A DNA stretch of 62,924 bases, the filler included, from Licmophora abbreviata (lineage: Eukaryota): assembly GCA_900291995.1 (NCBI GenBank). It is 11 parts of 11 records of this genome, joined end to end, with 100 filler letters (N's around TTAATTAATTAA, not from the genome) between each part and the next. Parts side by side here need not be neighbours in the genome. Positions count along the whole stretch, not along the records: positions 23,306 to 25,308 come from OLMU01004798.1; positions 25,409 to 33,903 come from OLMU01004801.1; positions 34,004 to 36,381 come from OLMU01004802.1; 8 more parts are not named here. One strand, 5' to 3'. A program made the translations under genes and the position numbers. This document shows positions 23,445 to 34,252 of the stretch, piece by piece (the first letter of the stretch is position 1; each line of letters begins with the position of its first letter). Under the pieces are notes generated by a model, which had not been told where the DNA came from, ran no database searches, and was given only the letters and a program-made list of their open reading frames with translations.

Positions 23445-24479
23445 TCACCCTCCATGAATTCGGTGAAACGAGTATCCTCCACCAATGGGATCCACTCGGG
23501 CTGTGATTGGAAACTCCATTGGCCCAGTGTTGCGAACAGCAATCGTACTTCCATATCCTGGCGTTTCCACTATGGCACGAAAGGGGCGTGACATGCCGTC
23601 CTGCGTGTAAATCTCCGCAATCTGCTTGACACTATTCGGTCCCTGCCAAACTTCGACGACTGCCATGAGTGGAAGCCCTTCGGTCTGTATGGAGACTTCC
23701 ACGCTTTGAATGGACGGGTCGTAAAACGGAAAGGTTTTGAGCGAGCCACCCTGAACGGTTTGTCCTGGGAAACGACTGGGACGACTGCCCATGCCGCCGC
23801 CGCCATAACCCTGTCTGGACGAAGAACCTTCCACATTCGCTGCCATGGGAAAGGCCATTGGGCCAGAATTGCGAATAGACACGGCGTTTTGACCGCCTGA
23901 TCCTAACGGCGTCTCCATGATGGTACGAAAGGGGCGCATCCAGCCGTCTTCACTGTACACCCTCACTCGCTGCGGGGTGTTGTCGGGACCGTCGTAGAGC
24001 TCCACGTCCGCGTCCAACGGGCGACCGTCGCTCTGGAGGGAAACCTGCATTTGGTCATCCCCATAGAAACTGTGGCGATTGGACCATGTTTCTCGACTGC
24101 CTCCCTGGATTGGGTTATATCCGGGAGGCGCGCTAGACGTCCGGTGGTCGTGGTAGGGAGACGCCGGGTGCGACTGTCGGTACGAGTCTCCTCGGAATGT
24201 ACTGGGTCGGATATCGCCAAATGCGGTGGAGGGACGTGTGTCGCCGTAGCGTACCAAGGGTGCGCTCGTGGCATCTGCAATGTCAGGAGCATAGTCACGA
24301 ACCGAAGTACTATAGTCTCGATTGAAAGAGGATCGTTCTGCTGTCTGATACCCCCGGTCAGAGGACAGCGCCGTTGACGAGGAGGGCTGTGTCTTGGGAG
24401 CTGGAACGAGAAAGGCTTGGGCTTCCCGGATGCTGCTCTGTAAGACGCAGAGCGCCACCAGAACACTGCAGACCTTCAT
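23445..24479 (-). CDS. Uncharacterised signal-peptide protein with two internal ~90-aa repeats
   Basis: Leader ...AQA-FLVP; duplicated QGGS...EG/DG-xPL...VE-x-x-GP...DG..RPF...ETP...RNxGPMxFP module. Confidence 0.85.
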   Translation of the reverse strand: MKVCSVLVALCVLQSSIREAQAFLVPAPKTQPSSSTALSSDRGYQTAERSSFNRDYSTSVRDYAPDIADATSAPLVRYGDTRPSTAFGDIRPSTFRGDSYRQSHPASPYHDHRTSSAPPGYNPIQGGSRETWSNRHSFYGDDQMQVSLQSDGRPLDADVELYDGPDNTPQRVRVYSEDGWMRPFRTIMETPLGSGGQNAVSIRNSGPMAFPMAANVEGSSSRQGYGGGGMGSRPSRFPGQTVQGGSLKTFPFYDPSIQSVEVSIQTEGLPLMAVVEVWQGPNSVKQIAEIYTQDGMSRPFRAIVETPGYGSTIAVRNTGPMEFPITARVDPIGGGYSFHRIHGG

Positions 24480-25112
24480 TGTGGTGGTGTTGTTGATAAA
24501 CTTTGCGCAACGGTGAGAAGCAAGGAGTCGAGTGGACTTCAGCTTTACTTAGTGAACTTCCTCTTCAATACTATGTTCGAAATGGAGTACTTTCCCGCCA
24601 TGTTTTCCCCTCACTCCCGGTTTGCGAGGGGGCAGGTGGTGCATGTCGAGAATCGACACCACGTCACCCCATTGCACTTATTTGGAACTTCAACCCGCGC
24701 GCGTGCAGGCTTTTTCTTCGGCGGGAAAACGAGCTGCCTTTCATTTTGGAGGTCGGACCTCGTGATGTCTTCGCCAGTTCCGGGGTTACAGATTTCAGAT
24801 TTTGGCGGGAAGGATTTTTCGTTCGCGCGCTTCTTCTTCTTCTTCAAGACAAAAATTTCGAAGTCATCTCTGTGCACGAAACAGCAGAGATAGAGGCAAC
24901 AAGGAAGACGTTGACAACCACGAAATACTGATACTCCTGCGTTGGGTTCATACAGCATGTTGTGATTATGTAAGTTTGTCGCTTCCTATTATATAGTCTA
25001 CGTGTAAAGTCCGTTTGTAGAGCCCAACCAACATGGTCTTCCCCCCTCTGCCCGCACGACCATGTCTCTCCTTGTATAGAAAAAAGAGTCATAGTTCGCA
25101 TTCTCTGGCTAC

Positions 25113-25535
25113 CTACAAGTAGCCAAATTGTCTCGGACGGTAGTAGTTCGAGTACGGGCGGCGACCTCCGAAGTAGTCGGGGGAGTTCCATCCGCCGCGG
25201 TAGTCATTGTAGGGAGAGGACCAACCGCGCATGCCGCCGGCGAGGTAAGGAGAGTAGCCGCCGCCGTAGCCACCATATCCTCCTCCATAGTAGCCTCCGC
25301 CGTAGCCANNNNNNNNNNNNNNNNNNNNNNNNNNNNNNNNNNNNNNNNNNNNTTAATTAATTAANNNNNNNNNNNNNNNNNNNNNNNNNNNNNNNNNNNN
25401 NNNNNNNNAGTTGAGTGCCGTGGACGAGGGAGCGTCAGTGGGGGCCAGCTTGAGCTGAGCCTTTTGTGCCGGAAGGTTAAAGGCAGAAGCGAGGCTGATG
25501 ACGCAGAGCGCCAAGAGAGCAGTGTAGATCTTCAT
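25113..25535 (-). CDS. Gly/Tyr-rich protein with signal peptide, interrupted by a gap
   Basis: 5' part MKIYTALLALCVISLASAFNLP...STALN (25535-25409); 3' part GYGGGYYGGGYGGYGGGYSPYLAGGMRGWSSPYNDYRGGWNSPDYFGGRRPYSNYYRPRQFGYL* (25308-25113). Confidence 0.7.
25309..25408. other. Artificial scaffold spacer
   Basis: N44-TTAATTAATTAA-N44. Confidence 0.99.
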
Positions 25536-26391
25536 CGTGATGTTGTTGTTGTTCTTGTTGTTGACTGGAACGTGAGCAGGGGAGTGCTTGATGGGTGCTT
25601 GGCTCGTGGTGGCTGATGCTTTCCCAGTGTCCTTTCGACAAAACAGCTGGAAATGTGTAGTCTTCAACAACCGACTTGAGAATTGTGAGCGTTCAGCTGC
25701 TCCTTCAACGTCGTTCGCGTCATCCATAATACCACACGACACTCCTCAGCGTGACTAAATGTTCTCTATTGCGTCACTGTTTCTCGCTAACAAAACTGCA
25801 TGGAAAATTGAAGGTTTACGTACCAGGACAGATAGTGTCATCGACAGAACGCTGAAAATAGTACACGTCAGTCATTTTCTCGTACGTCATCAATCGGCTG
25901 GACTTGCCCGCAGCCAATCAGAAGACACGATTTTGCCACGTCCTCGGTACGTGAGTAGTGAGAAACAATCGTCGGTCTACTAATTTTCTATTTTGTTTTT
26001 GACTTTGTTTTTCTGTCAAGATGTGACAATCTGGTTCCCGATTGGATTCTACATGAATACTCCGCCAACGGGCACGCGGCTGTGCAGAAGCTTAAACGTC
26101 ATGTCATTTGTCATGCCATTAAGTCTACCGACAGGGGCCTATGCGCGATGCTCTGGACGTAGCTGTGTCGATCTGAGATCTGACGAGATGACTGCACGGG
26201 ACTGCTCCTCTCTCTACATGTTTGTAGTAGAGTGCATAGTCCATTCATCAGATAGCTACTACGAATGATATCAGATTCTAGCTAGAGTAGTGTAGTAGCG
26301 TAACCGCGTGGCTCATCTATCGACTTGCTTCACCGTTAGAAACTTGTTGTGCGCCTTTCCAATGCCCCTTTTCGAACACACCACACCGTGC

Positions 26392-28199
26392 TCACGCAAC
26401 AACAACGAGATCGTCCACCTTGAGTATCATACAGACAGTTTCGGTTGCCAACTTGACTGCAGAGGTATTCACCAGAAGCGGCTGCACGACACGAATGTCG
26501 GACATGCTTTCAGTCACACGCCCCTTCTTTACGTCGATGCCCGCTCCGACGTGACCCTGCGCGTGCTGCGCCCTCAACTCCGTCACAACCTCTATCGGCT
26601 TCATACCGGCATTCTCCGCCAGCGTGTACGGAATCACTTCAAGCGCATCTGCAAATGCCTGCAAACAATACGCATCAACTCCCTTATCAGCTTGCAAGGC
26701 AAACTGCCGCAACTGCAAGGCCGCTTCAGATTCTGCAGCACCGCCTCCCGCAATCAAAGCTCTCTCCTTCACCAAACTCCTCACGACGCACTGCGCATCA
26801 TGCAACGACCGACTTGCTTCGGCCACAATCAAATCATTACTCCCCCGCAGCAAGACAGTCATGGTCTTACCGGGATTCTTGACTCCGACAAACTTGACGA
26901 CCTTGCGCCCCGCACCACTCTCACTCATGATATCGCCCACGTGTTCGGCGAATCCAAACTTTTCATCGCCCAACTGATCACTATGCGCGATCGGTGCGCA
27001 CCCCAGAGTCTTGCAAACGAACGGCACATCACTGCGCTCAATGTCGGTTACAACCAAAATTCCCATTTTGGCCAGAAAGTGCAAACTCAGTTCATTGTAG
27101 GCGTCGCGCAGAATACTCTTCTGAATCAACACCACGTTGCACCCACTCTTGCTGATTTTCTTGCATTCTTTCAAAATAAACTTACGTTCTTCCTTTAAGA
27201 TGCGATCCATACTGGCATAGTCACTCACAATGACATTGTTGTCCATGTCCGTTTTGGGTGCACTCAGGCAGTATTGCAAAAGGGCAATTTTGGCGTTCTG
27301 CATTTGCGTTGGACCACCCGACGACTTGGCAGCACCCTTTTCCAAGACCAAACCCTTGACGAGCTCCGTATCTTCCATCGTCCCACCCGCTTGGGGTACC
27401 ATGCGGATGTTACGCAAATCGACATTCGTGTCGCCCTCTTCCAAAAGACCAAGGACACTGTCGACCGCGAGCGGTGCAAGTACATCGCTGTGTTGCGATA
27501 CGACCTTACTGCTCAAACACGTCGTGACGGCATCAATGAGCTGTTCGCGGTTCGAAAGATCGACAGGATGCGCACACTTGGTCCGCAGCGTGTCCACCAC
27601 GACGTCCGCAGCCTTCAAAAACGAGCTCGCAATCATCATGGGGTGAATGCCTTTTGTGAGCAGCGACGAACAGGCTTCCAGAAGCGCCCCGCAAAAGACA
27701 ACGACAGAAGTAGTGCCATCGCCCGCTTCCGTATCTTGACTCGTACTGCATTCCACCAACATTTTGGCAGCGGGGTGCAAGACTTTCATGGTACTGAGAA
27801 TGGTCGCGCCGTCGTTACTAATCAAGACTTCGCCGTCGGCTTTCTGCATGAGCTTGTCCATGCCGCGGGGACCCAGCGATGTACGGATTGCCATGGCAAT
27901 GGCCTGAATGAGTGAATGAATGTATCCGAGACACGTAAGTATGAAAAAAAATCACATCAAGCGAACAACAAAGGACACGATCGCATGCTGTACGTGTCAT
28001 TGCTCCTGCATAAAGTACCGGTAGATCGTGTTCGGACAGCAAGGCACTGCTGCCGATGCTTTTCTTCGTATCTCTTCTCTTTTTCGCTCCACTCTATGCT
28101 CACCTTGGCAGCCACAATATTAGACATGCGGACATCCTTGCCCTTGGTGCGTTCCTGGAACGTCTCGCCGCTGCGGCGGGAAGAGATGGACGTCGCCAT
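26392..28199 (-). CDS. CCT4: T-complex protein 1 subunit delta; 2 exons
   Basis: Exon 1 ...KDVRMSNIVAAK, intron 27904-28103, then AIRTSLGPRGMDK, NDGATIL, GDGTTSV and CLSAPKTDMDNNVIVSDY..MDRILKEERK (delta-type). Confidence 0.96.
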
Positions 28200-28386
28200 G
28201 GTTGTAACAGCTGTGACAGAATTGTGAGAGGATCGGAGGTGCACCTTGCGTAGAATCAACGTTGTGGATGTACTGTAGTACAAAATTAAGTAGAAAATAT
28301 GTAGACAATCAGTGGCTGTGGTGGAGCACGATAGACTTGGCACCTTCAAATGAGGACACGCAGACGGCTTCTTGTCCTGCTATGGT

Positions 28387-28453
28387 ACAATAGAGTGAGT
28401 CTATTCTACTTACTATCTAAGCACAATAGAGTGAGTCTTATCTAGTTACTATC
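28387..28453. repeat. Imperfect tandem duplication, 36-bp period
   Basis: acaatagagtgagtct...ttactatc at 28387 and again at 28423. Confidence 0.85.
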
Positions 28454-28456
28454 ATG

Positions 28457-29557
28457 CTATTCTGCCTTCCCTGAGTTACGTCGTCGATACTCTCGCATCG
28501 CCGCTGGATCATAGACATTCATGCCTTGCTGGTGCATGCCGATGCGCGTGGGCGCTATTAGGTTGTTCAGCAGCCAGTTGGATAGCTGAGGAAGGTGCCG
28601 ATGCAGAAAGCCAAACATCAGCGTGGGTTGTTGCGCAATTGTGTGGTCGTGTCCATGACTGGATTGCATCATGATGCTACTCAATAGTAATCTGGAACAT
28701 CGCTCCACAGGCATTTTCAACTCCTTGTTGCGTGATGTCGTATGACTCTCGTCCTGTTTGTTCTGTTGAGTGAAACCCCGGCGATAAAAGTCCGTTTGAA
28801 TGGGTCCAGGGGACGGCAAGTCGATTCGTAGTTCTGGACACTCAGCGCGCAGTGATGAAAAGTATCCGTGTACGGCATGTTTGGAGGATGCATAGGCTGC
28901 TGACAATGGCACCGGAAAGTGACTGGCGACGGACGACATGACCACCAAATGAGGTTTGTGTTGTCGTTCTTGTTCTTGTTTGGATGCACGCCATTGGTAT
29001 CGTAGTAGTAGCTGTGTCAATATAATGGGACCGAGGGTGTTGACTTTCCAAAGCTGAGTCGTTTGTTCCGTGGTCGTCTCGGAGGCAAGTCCCATTTGTC
29101 CAATGCCCGCATTCAGAATGACACAATCGAGTAATGTAGATGTAGGCGTATCAAGACTCTCTACTACTTGGGAGAGTCTCTCAGGAGGACTGCTGACGTC
29201 CATGACAACGACTCGACAAGAGGAGGCTCCTTGTTGCAGACATTCGCGAGCCACTTGCTGCAAGGTATCTTGATTCCGACTCGATATCGTGAGTGCAGCT
29301 CCCGTGTGACTCAATTGATAGGCCAGTTCTCGTCCAATCCCACTGCTCGCTCCCGTAATCCAAATGTGTTTGTTGCCAAAGTAGGATGTTAGTACTCGAC
29401 GATGTGTGGGTGATGTATGTACCATGAGATCATAGAAATACAGGGCAGGAGAGGCGTCCATGCGGGCGGCAGCGAACATCATGGCGGCGCAGCACGCCGT
29501 ACACACGGCTGAGTTTCGCCACGCCGCTTGTAGTAACAGTACAGAATAATTCCACAT
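28457..29557 (-). CDS. Short-chain dehydrogenase/reductase (DHRS7-like)
   Basis: WITGASSGIG, LNAG, SS and YASSK; hydrophobic N-terminus; start codon uncertain. Confidence 0.88.
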   Translation of the reverse strand: MWNYSVLLLQAAWRNSAVCTACCAAMMFAAARMDASPALYFYDLMVHTSPTHRRVLTSYFGNKHIWITGASSGIGRELAYQLSHTGAALTISSRNQDTLQQVARECLQQGASSCRVVVMDVSSPPERLSQVVESLDTPTSTLLDCVILNAGIGQMGLASETTTEQTTQLWKVNTLGPIILTQLLLRYQWRASKQEQERQHKPHLVVMSSVASHFPVPLSAAYASSKHAVHGYFSSLRAECPELRIDLPSPGPIQTDFYRRGFTQQNKQDESHTTSRNKELKMPVERCSRLLLSSIMMQSSHGHDHTIAQQPTLMFGFLHRHLPQLSNWLLNNLIAPTRIGMHQQGMNVYDPAAMREYRRRNSGKAE

Positions 29558-29867
29558 GGAAGCAGACGAAAATAACAGGGCGAGCACGCCTCGATGAACT
29601 CATCCGCTGTTGTCATCATCGTCATTCTGTCAAAGTTGCTTTCGAATCATTGTGAAACCTGTACGACGTGCGTATGAAAGATACGATATCCTCTTGGGCC
29701 GGTAGGAATTGTACATACAGAACGTGTACAGAATTGCCATCAGTGTTTGCATCTCCAGCGTGCTAAAGTTCAACCAAAAGCATGCCTTGAGCATCACATC
29801 TCCTCACTCTGCCACAGTCCCCTGTTGCACTGGCCGTGTCCTCCCTGTTTTATTATTTCTCTTCGCC

Positions 29868-32248
29868 ATGAAATCCCCTCCGACTTCTTCTCCAATGAAT
29901 TCGTTTCGCATCATTGAATTTGGCGACGGAAAACTGAATCCGCTCGGAAGCAGAACACGCCAGTACTTGTTCACGGAGCTTACACGTGCCCAGAATGATC
30001 CATCGGTGGTGGGAATTGTTCTGATTGGAAAGGGCAACGCAAACTTTTCAGCTGGGGCCGACTTGACCGAATTTGGAGACTTTGATGGTACTGTAACAAA
30101 CAAGACCACTCCATCGCTGGTCGAAGTAGTGAATGCAGTCGAACGCTCTTCCAAACCGGTTGTTGCTGCCATCCAGGGTGTTGCGCTCGGTGGTGGACTC
30201 GAACTGGCCTTGTCTTGTCACTATCGAGTGTGCCTTGCTCACGAAAAGGGCAACACGTTGTCGTCGCCCGTAATGGGACTTCCCGAAGTGACCGTGGGTG
30301 TCATTCCTGGTGCAGGAGGGACGCAGCGACTGCCGCGGTTGGTGGGGGTGAAGGCGGCACTGGAAATTATTCTCACGGGCAAACCAGTCACGAGTGTAGA
30401 ACGTGCCAAAGATCTGGGTCTTGTGGATGCAGTTGTAGTGAAGAAGAGGAGTGACGATAACCATGATGACGAGTCACTACTGTTGGACTGTGCTAGAAAA
30501 TGGGCTGCATGGGCTGCCTTGATGCCATCGTTAGACGATCGTCGCTTGTCTACCCTACCGGTCAAGGAGTCCGCACCTGTCGTCCAGCAGATGTGCGACT
30601 TTGCCAGGACGAAACTACCACCCCGCAACAGAGGAGGTGTGTCGGTGCACTGTGCTCTGGATGCCATTCAGGCGTGTAAGTCTTCCAGGGGAATGCAGGT
30701 AGAAAGTGAAAAGTTCGTGCATGCACTCAAGCATGGCCACGGACAGCGGCATGCATTCTTTGCGGCGCGTGCGGCACAGAAAATGAGCAGTACAATCAGT
30801 GCAGCCAAGCATAACGTGCTGCAGTCCTCCGCGAACCATATTCAGCAACAGCGGCATGTCGGAGTGATTGGTGCGGGAACCATGGGTAGCGGCATTGCGT
30901 TGGTCTTGTTGCAGGCCGGCTTTGTCGTGCATCTGGTAGATATTCAAAAGAAAGCGCTTGACAAAGGCGTTGGTGGCATTCATAGTATCGTGACAGGCAT
31001 GGTTCAAAAAAAGAAACTACAACAGAGCAAAGCGCAAGGACTTTTGCGGCAATTGGTTCCGTCCCAGCAGCTATCGGATCTACGTAATTGCGTTCTGGTC
31101 GTCGAAGCGGTGGTGGAAAAAATGACAGTAAAGAAACAGATATTCTCCACACTGAATCAAGTGGTCCTGTCGCCCACGGCTTTGTTGCTCAGTAACACGT
31201 CGACTTTAGACATTGCTCAGATCGCGTCAGCTCTGGCTCCCCGCCGACGTGCATATTGTGCTGGATGGCACTTCTTCTCTCCTGCTCACATGATGAAGTT
31301 GGTGGAGATAGTCGTGGCCAAGAAAACGTCCAAGGAAACTGTGGCGACTCTACAGGTCCTTACCAAACGCATTCGCAAGGTTGGCGTTGTGGTGGGAAAC
31401 TGTGATGGATTCGTCGGCAATCGCATGTTGCAGCCCTACACGTCTGAATGTGTCTTCTTGCTGTCCGAGGGTAGTAGTACTGTCGAACGTGTGGATAAGG
31501 CATTGTACGAGTTTGGTATGGCCATGGGGCCTTTCTCAATGAGTGATTTGGCGGGTAATGATATTGGCTTCTTTATTCGCAAGGAACGCGGTTACGTGCG
31601 TGACAAGAACAGTAGCAACAGTGGTTCGAAGCGCAAACCTGGAATGCGATACACGGAGCTGGCTGATGATTTGGTTTCGGAACTTGGACGAGTCGGTCAG
31701 AAGGCGCTCAAGGTACGTGTGCATAATGATGCTCTTTTCTATCTTCGCACCAATTGCCTTTCTCACGAAGGTCATACCTGGCAATATTCGTAATTTAGGG
31801 CTGGTATGACTATGACAAGAAGGTCGGCAAAGGCCGCAAACCGCTACCGTCGCCCGAGGTCTCCAATTTTATTCAACGCTACGTACCGCCAAACAATAGA
31901 AATATGCCTCAGTTGTCGTCTCAAGATATTGTCGAGCGCGTCTTGTTTCCACTTGTCAATGAAGGCTTCAAAATCTTGGAGGAAGGTATTGCTTCGAGGC
32001 CATCCGACATCGATGTGATCTACTTGTACGGATACGGTTGGCCAAGCTGGAGAGGAGGTCCTATATTTTGGGCTGACAAGGAAGTGGGTCTTGATTACTT
32101 GTTGAAATCTCTGCAGTCATTTTACAGAGAGTATCCTGGTAGTGACTATTTCAAGCCGAGTCGACTGCTGAGTACATGCGTGTCGATGGGAGTGACGGTA
32201 GAACAATTCTATAAGCGAGGACTCCATCGTACCTTGTCAAAGCTTTGA
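29868..32248 (+). CDS. EHHADH: Peroxisomal bifunctional enoyl-CoA hydratase / 3-hydroxyacyl-CoA dehydrogenase; 2 exons
   Basis: FSAGAD, ALGGGLELAL, PGAGGTQRLPRL, GAGTMG, SNTS, HFFSPAH and GFVGNRM; intron 31713-31798; C-terminal PTS1 -SKL. Confidence 0.95.
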
Positions 32249-32408
32249 GGCTGCGAAACGAACGCGACTGCCTTCAATCAGTCTGTTGAGAATCTACAAC
32301 CGAGGTTATCTTCTGCACACTAGAGGTAGGGAAAGTATGAAAATGTAGACACGTCTCATTCCGGTTTATATTCTCTATGCAATGGTTTGAATCGATGACC
32401 GACTGCAA

Positions 32409-33845
32409 CTACTTGTTGCTCACTCCGGAATTTCGCAACAGCGGCGGTTTATCAATGGCAATGTTTCCAACATGGGGATTTTGTTGACGCATCCACCGCA
32501 GCACATCAGCGTCTTTGAGAATGGCAATGTAGTTGTTGGTCAATCGTGGCGCCGTATACATGTCGATCATCGCTCCATTTACTTTCTTCTTTTGATCGGC
32601 GACTGCAAATTTTGCCCAGGGGTTCTTTCGATCTGACTCAAAGAGGTACCCTATTCCACGAGTTGCCATCACAGCTTCAGTACAAAACGTGGACGAGCCG
32701 CAAATTGCAACTTTCGAGGCTCGCGTCAGACGGGTGAGTGAAGTAAGGGGTGTTTCCGAGGGACTGTTGTGAATGGAAATGGACGCGCTTGGAAACTCTT
32801 CCTTCAAGTGCTCCACAAGATCCAGCGTGATGAGTTTGCTACGTCGGACGTAAGGGTTGTCAAATCCTCGTCCTGCTTTAACTTCAAATGGTGCCGTCAC
32901 GATACCAATCGATGTAATGGGGCCTTTGACCGACTCGGCCTTCTTGAGAAGATTCGAGTATGTCCTGTGCGGGAACACGCCGATATGTTCATCGTGCGGT
33001 CGCACCTTGCTCGTAGTCAACGCATCACCAAGACGCAAGTGAATAACAGCATCATCTGGCTTTTTCGAATACCCCCATTGTGTTAGTGACAACTGTCGCA
33101 TGTCTTTCTTCATATGGTCGAACATCATATAGAGGCCGCCGCACATCCATGACGGCGGATTGCATATCCTACACATTTGTCCGGCATTCAGAACATTGCC
33201 CTCGATGGAAACAGGAGCTGAACCAGGATCTGTAAAGTTCTTTTGTAAGAGTTTGAGGACCGATACTTTGGTTTGATAATCACCGTGATTCAAGGTTTGG
33301 AAGACTTCTTGGTCATCTGGATTCCCACACGACATGGTGAACGGCACGCGCCACGCTCTTGCAATCAACCAGCGAGCGTAGTATTCTCCCAGCCGATTGC
33401 CCAGTTGGCCTGCAGCATGATACGCAAGCATAGAGGATGAGTACGATTGTCCACTGTGATCAAAGTTCATACGGTACGAACTTTGACGCCCCAGTTTCAC
33501 GCTGGCCTTACCTTCGATACAGTCTTCAAAGTGATAGTGCAGCCGCGTCACGTTTCGGTACTTGTGCAAGTAGTTACAGGGGCTGCTTTTCGACCTACGA
33601 AGCTCGTAAATAGTCCCATCGGGCAGAAGCTGAGAGCGAGTGATTGCTGTAAACTTGACTTCTTGCGTAACGGGGTCTGTGTACTGACTATATCGACCGT
33701 AGCCTCGCACCCCAAAGTATTTGAGGCGTCTTTGAGTCGCGTTCTGGAGACGTTCCGACCAGACGAGAGCGAGGGAGCCTCCCGCAATAGCGAGCGCCCC
33801 TACAAGAGCAATGGCTTTCCTGGTTTTGACCCCCATGGTCGTCAT
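32409..33845 (-). CDS. Type II membrane glycosyltransferase, GT11/fucosyltransferase-like
   Basis: N-terminal signal anchor; GQLGN, IHLRLGD and SSTF motifs. Confidence 0.7.
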   Translation of the reverse strand: MTTMGVKTRKAIALVGALAIAGGSLALVWSERLQNATQRRLKYFGVRGYGRYSQYTDPVTQEVKFTAITRSQLLPDGTIYELRRSKSSPCNYLHKYRNVTRLHYHFEDCIEGKASVKLGRQSSYRMNFDHSGQSYSSSMLAYHAAGQLGNRLGEYYARWLIARAWRVPFTMSCGNPDDQEVFQTLNHGDYQTKVSVLKLLQKNFTDPGSAPVSIEGNVLNAGQMCRICNPPSWMCGGLYMMFDHMKKDMRQLSLTQWGYSKKPDDAVIHLRLGDALTTSKVRPHDEHIGVFPHRTYSNLLKKAESVKGPITSIGIVTAPFEVKAGRGFDNPYVRRSKLITLDLVEHLKEEFPSASISIHNSPSETPLTSLTRLTRASKVAICGSSTFCTEAVMATRGIGYLFESDRKNPWAKFAVADQKKKVNGAMIDMYTAPRLTNNYIAILKDADVLRWMRQQNPHVGNIAIDKPPLLRNSGVSNK

Positions 33846-33903
33846 GTGAGCTGGGGAAACCGCCGAGTGAAGCTACAGAAAGTATGGGGCGATGACTCTC
33901 TAT

Positions 33904-34003
33904 NNNNNNNNNNNNNNNNNNNNNNNNNNNNNNNNNNNNNNNNNNNNTTAATTAATTAANNNNNNNNNNNNNNNNNNNNNNNNNNNNNNNNNNNNNNNNN
34001 NNN
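33904..34003. other. Artificial scaffold spacer
   Basis: N44-TTAATTAATTAA-N44. Confidence 0.99.
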
Positions 34004-34252
34004 ACAAAATGACTGATGTCTCGCCGGAGCATCATCGCGATGGCATCCGAAATGATACAATTTCAAATGCGTTGCACGATGAAGTCTCCTGCCTCCTCTG
34101 AAAATCAAAAATCACTTTCATTGATAGTGTGCCATACTACTGCTTGTGCGCACTAAGCGTACCCATAGGCCCATAGGACTCTGCTGGTTTGCTTCTCTAG
34201 AGCACTATAACCACTACCTTACATAAAGACACATGACCATCCTGACAGTTCA

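Noticed and set aside
25860..25955. Cluster of ACGT cores and CCAAT upstream of the Gly/Tyr-rich gene
   Set aside because: Plausible bZIP/aureochrome sites, but too short to distinguish from chance without data.
26308..27915. Long plus-strand ORFs (296 aa, 213 aa)
   Set aside because: Antisense shadows of CCT4. The same applies to most short ORFs overlapping the called genes.
14477..28199. TXNDC9 (CCT co-chaperone) and CCT4 as a functional cluster
   Set aside because: About 11 kb, several unrelated genes and three gaps apart; chance is sufficient.
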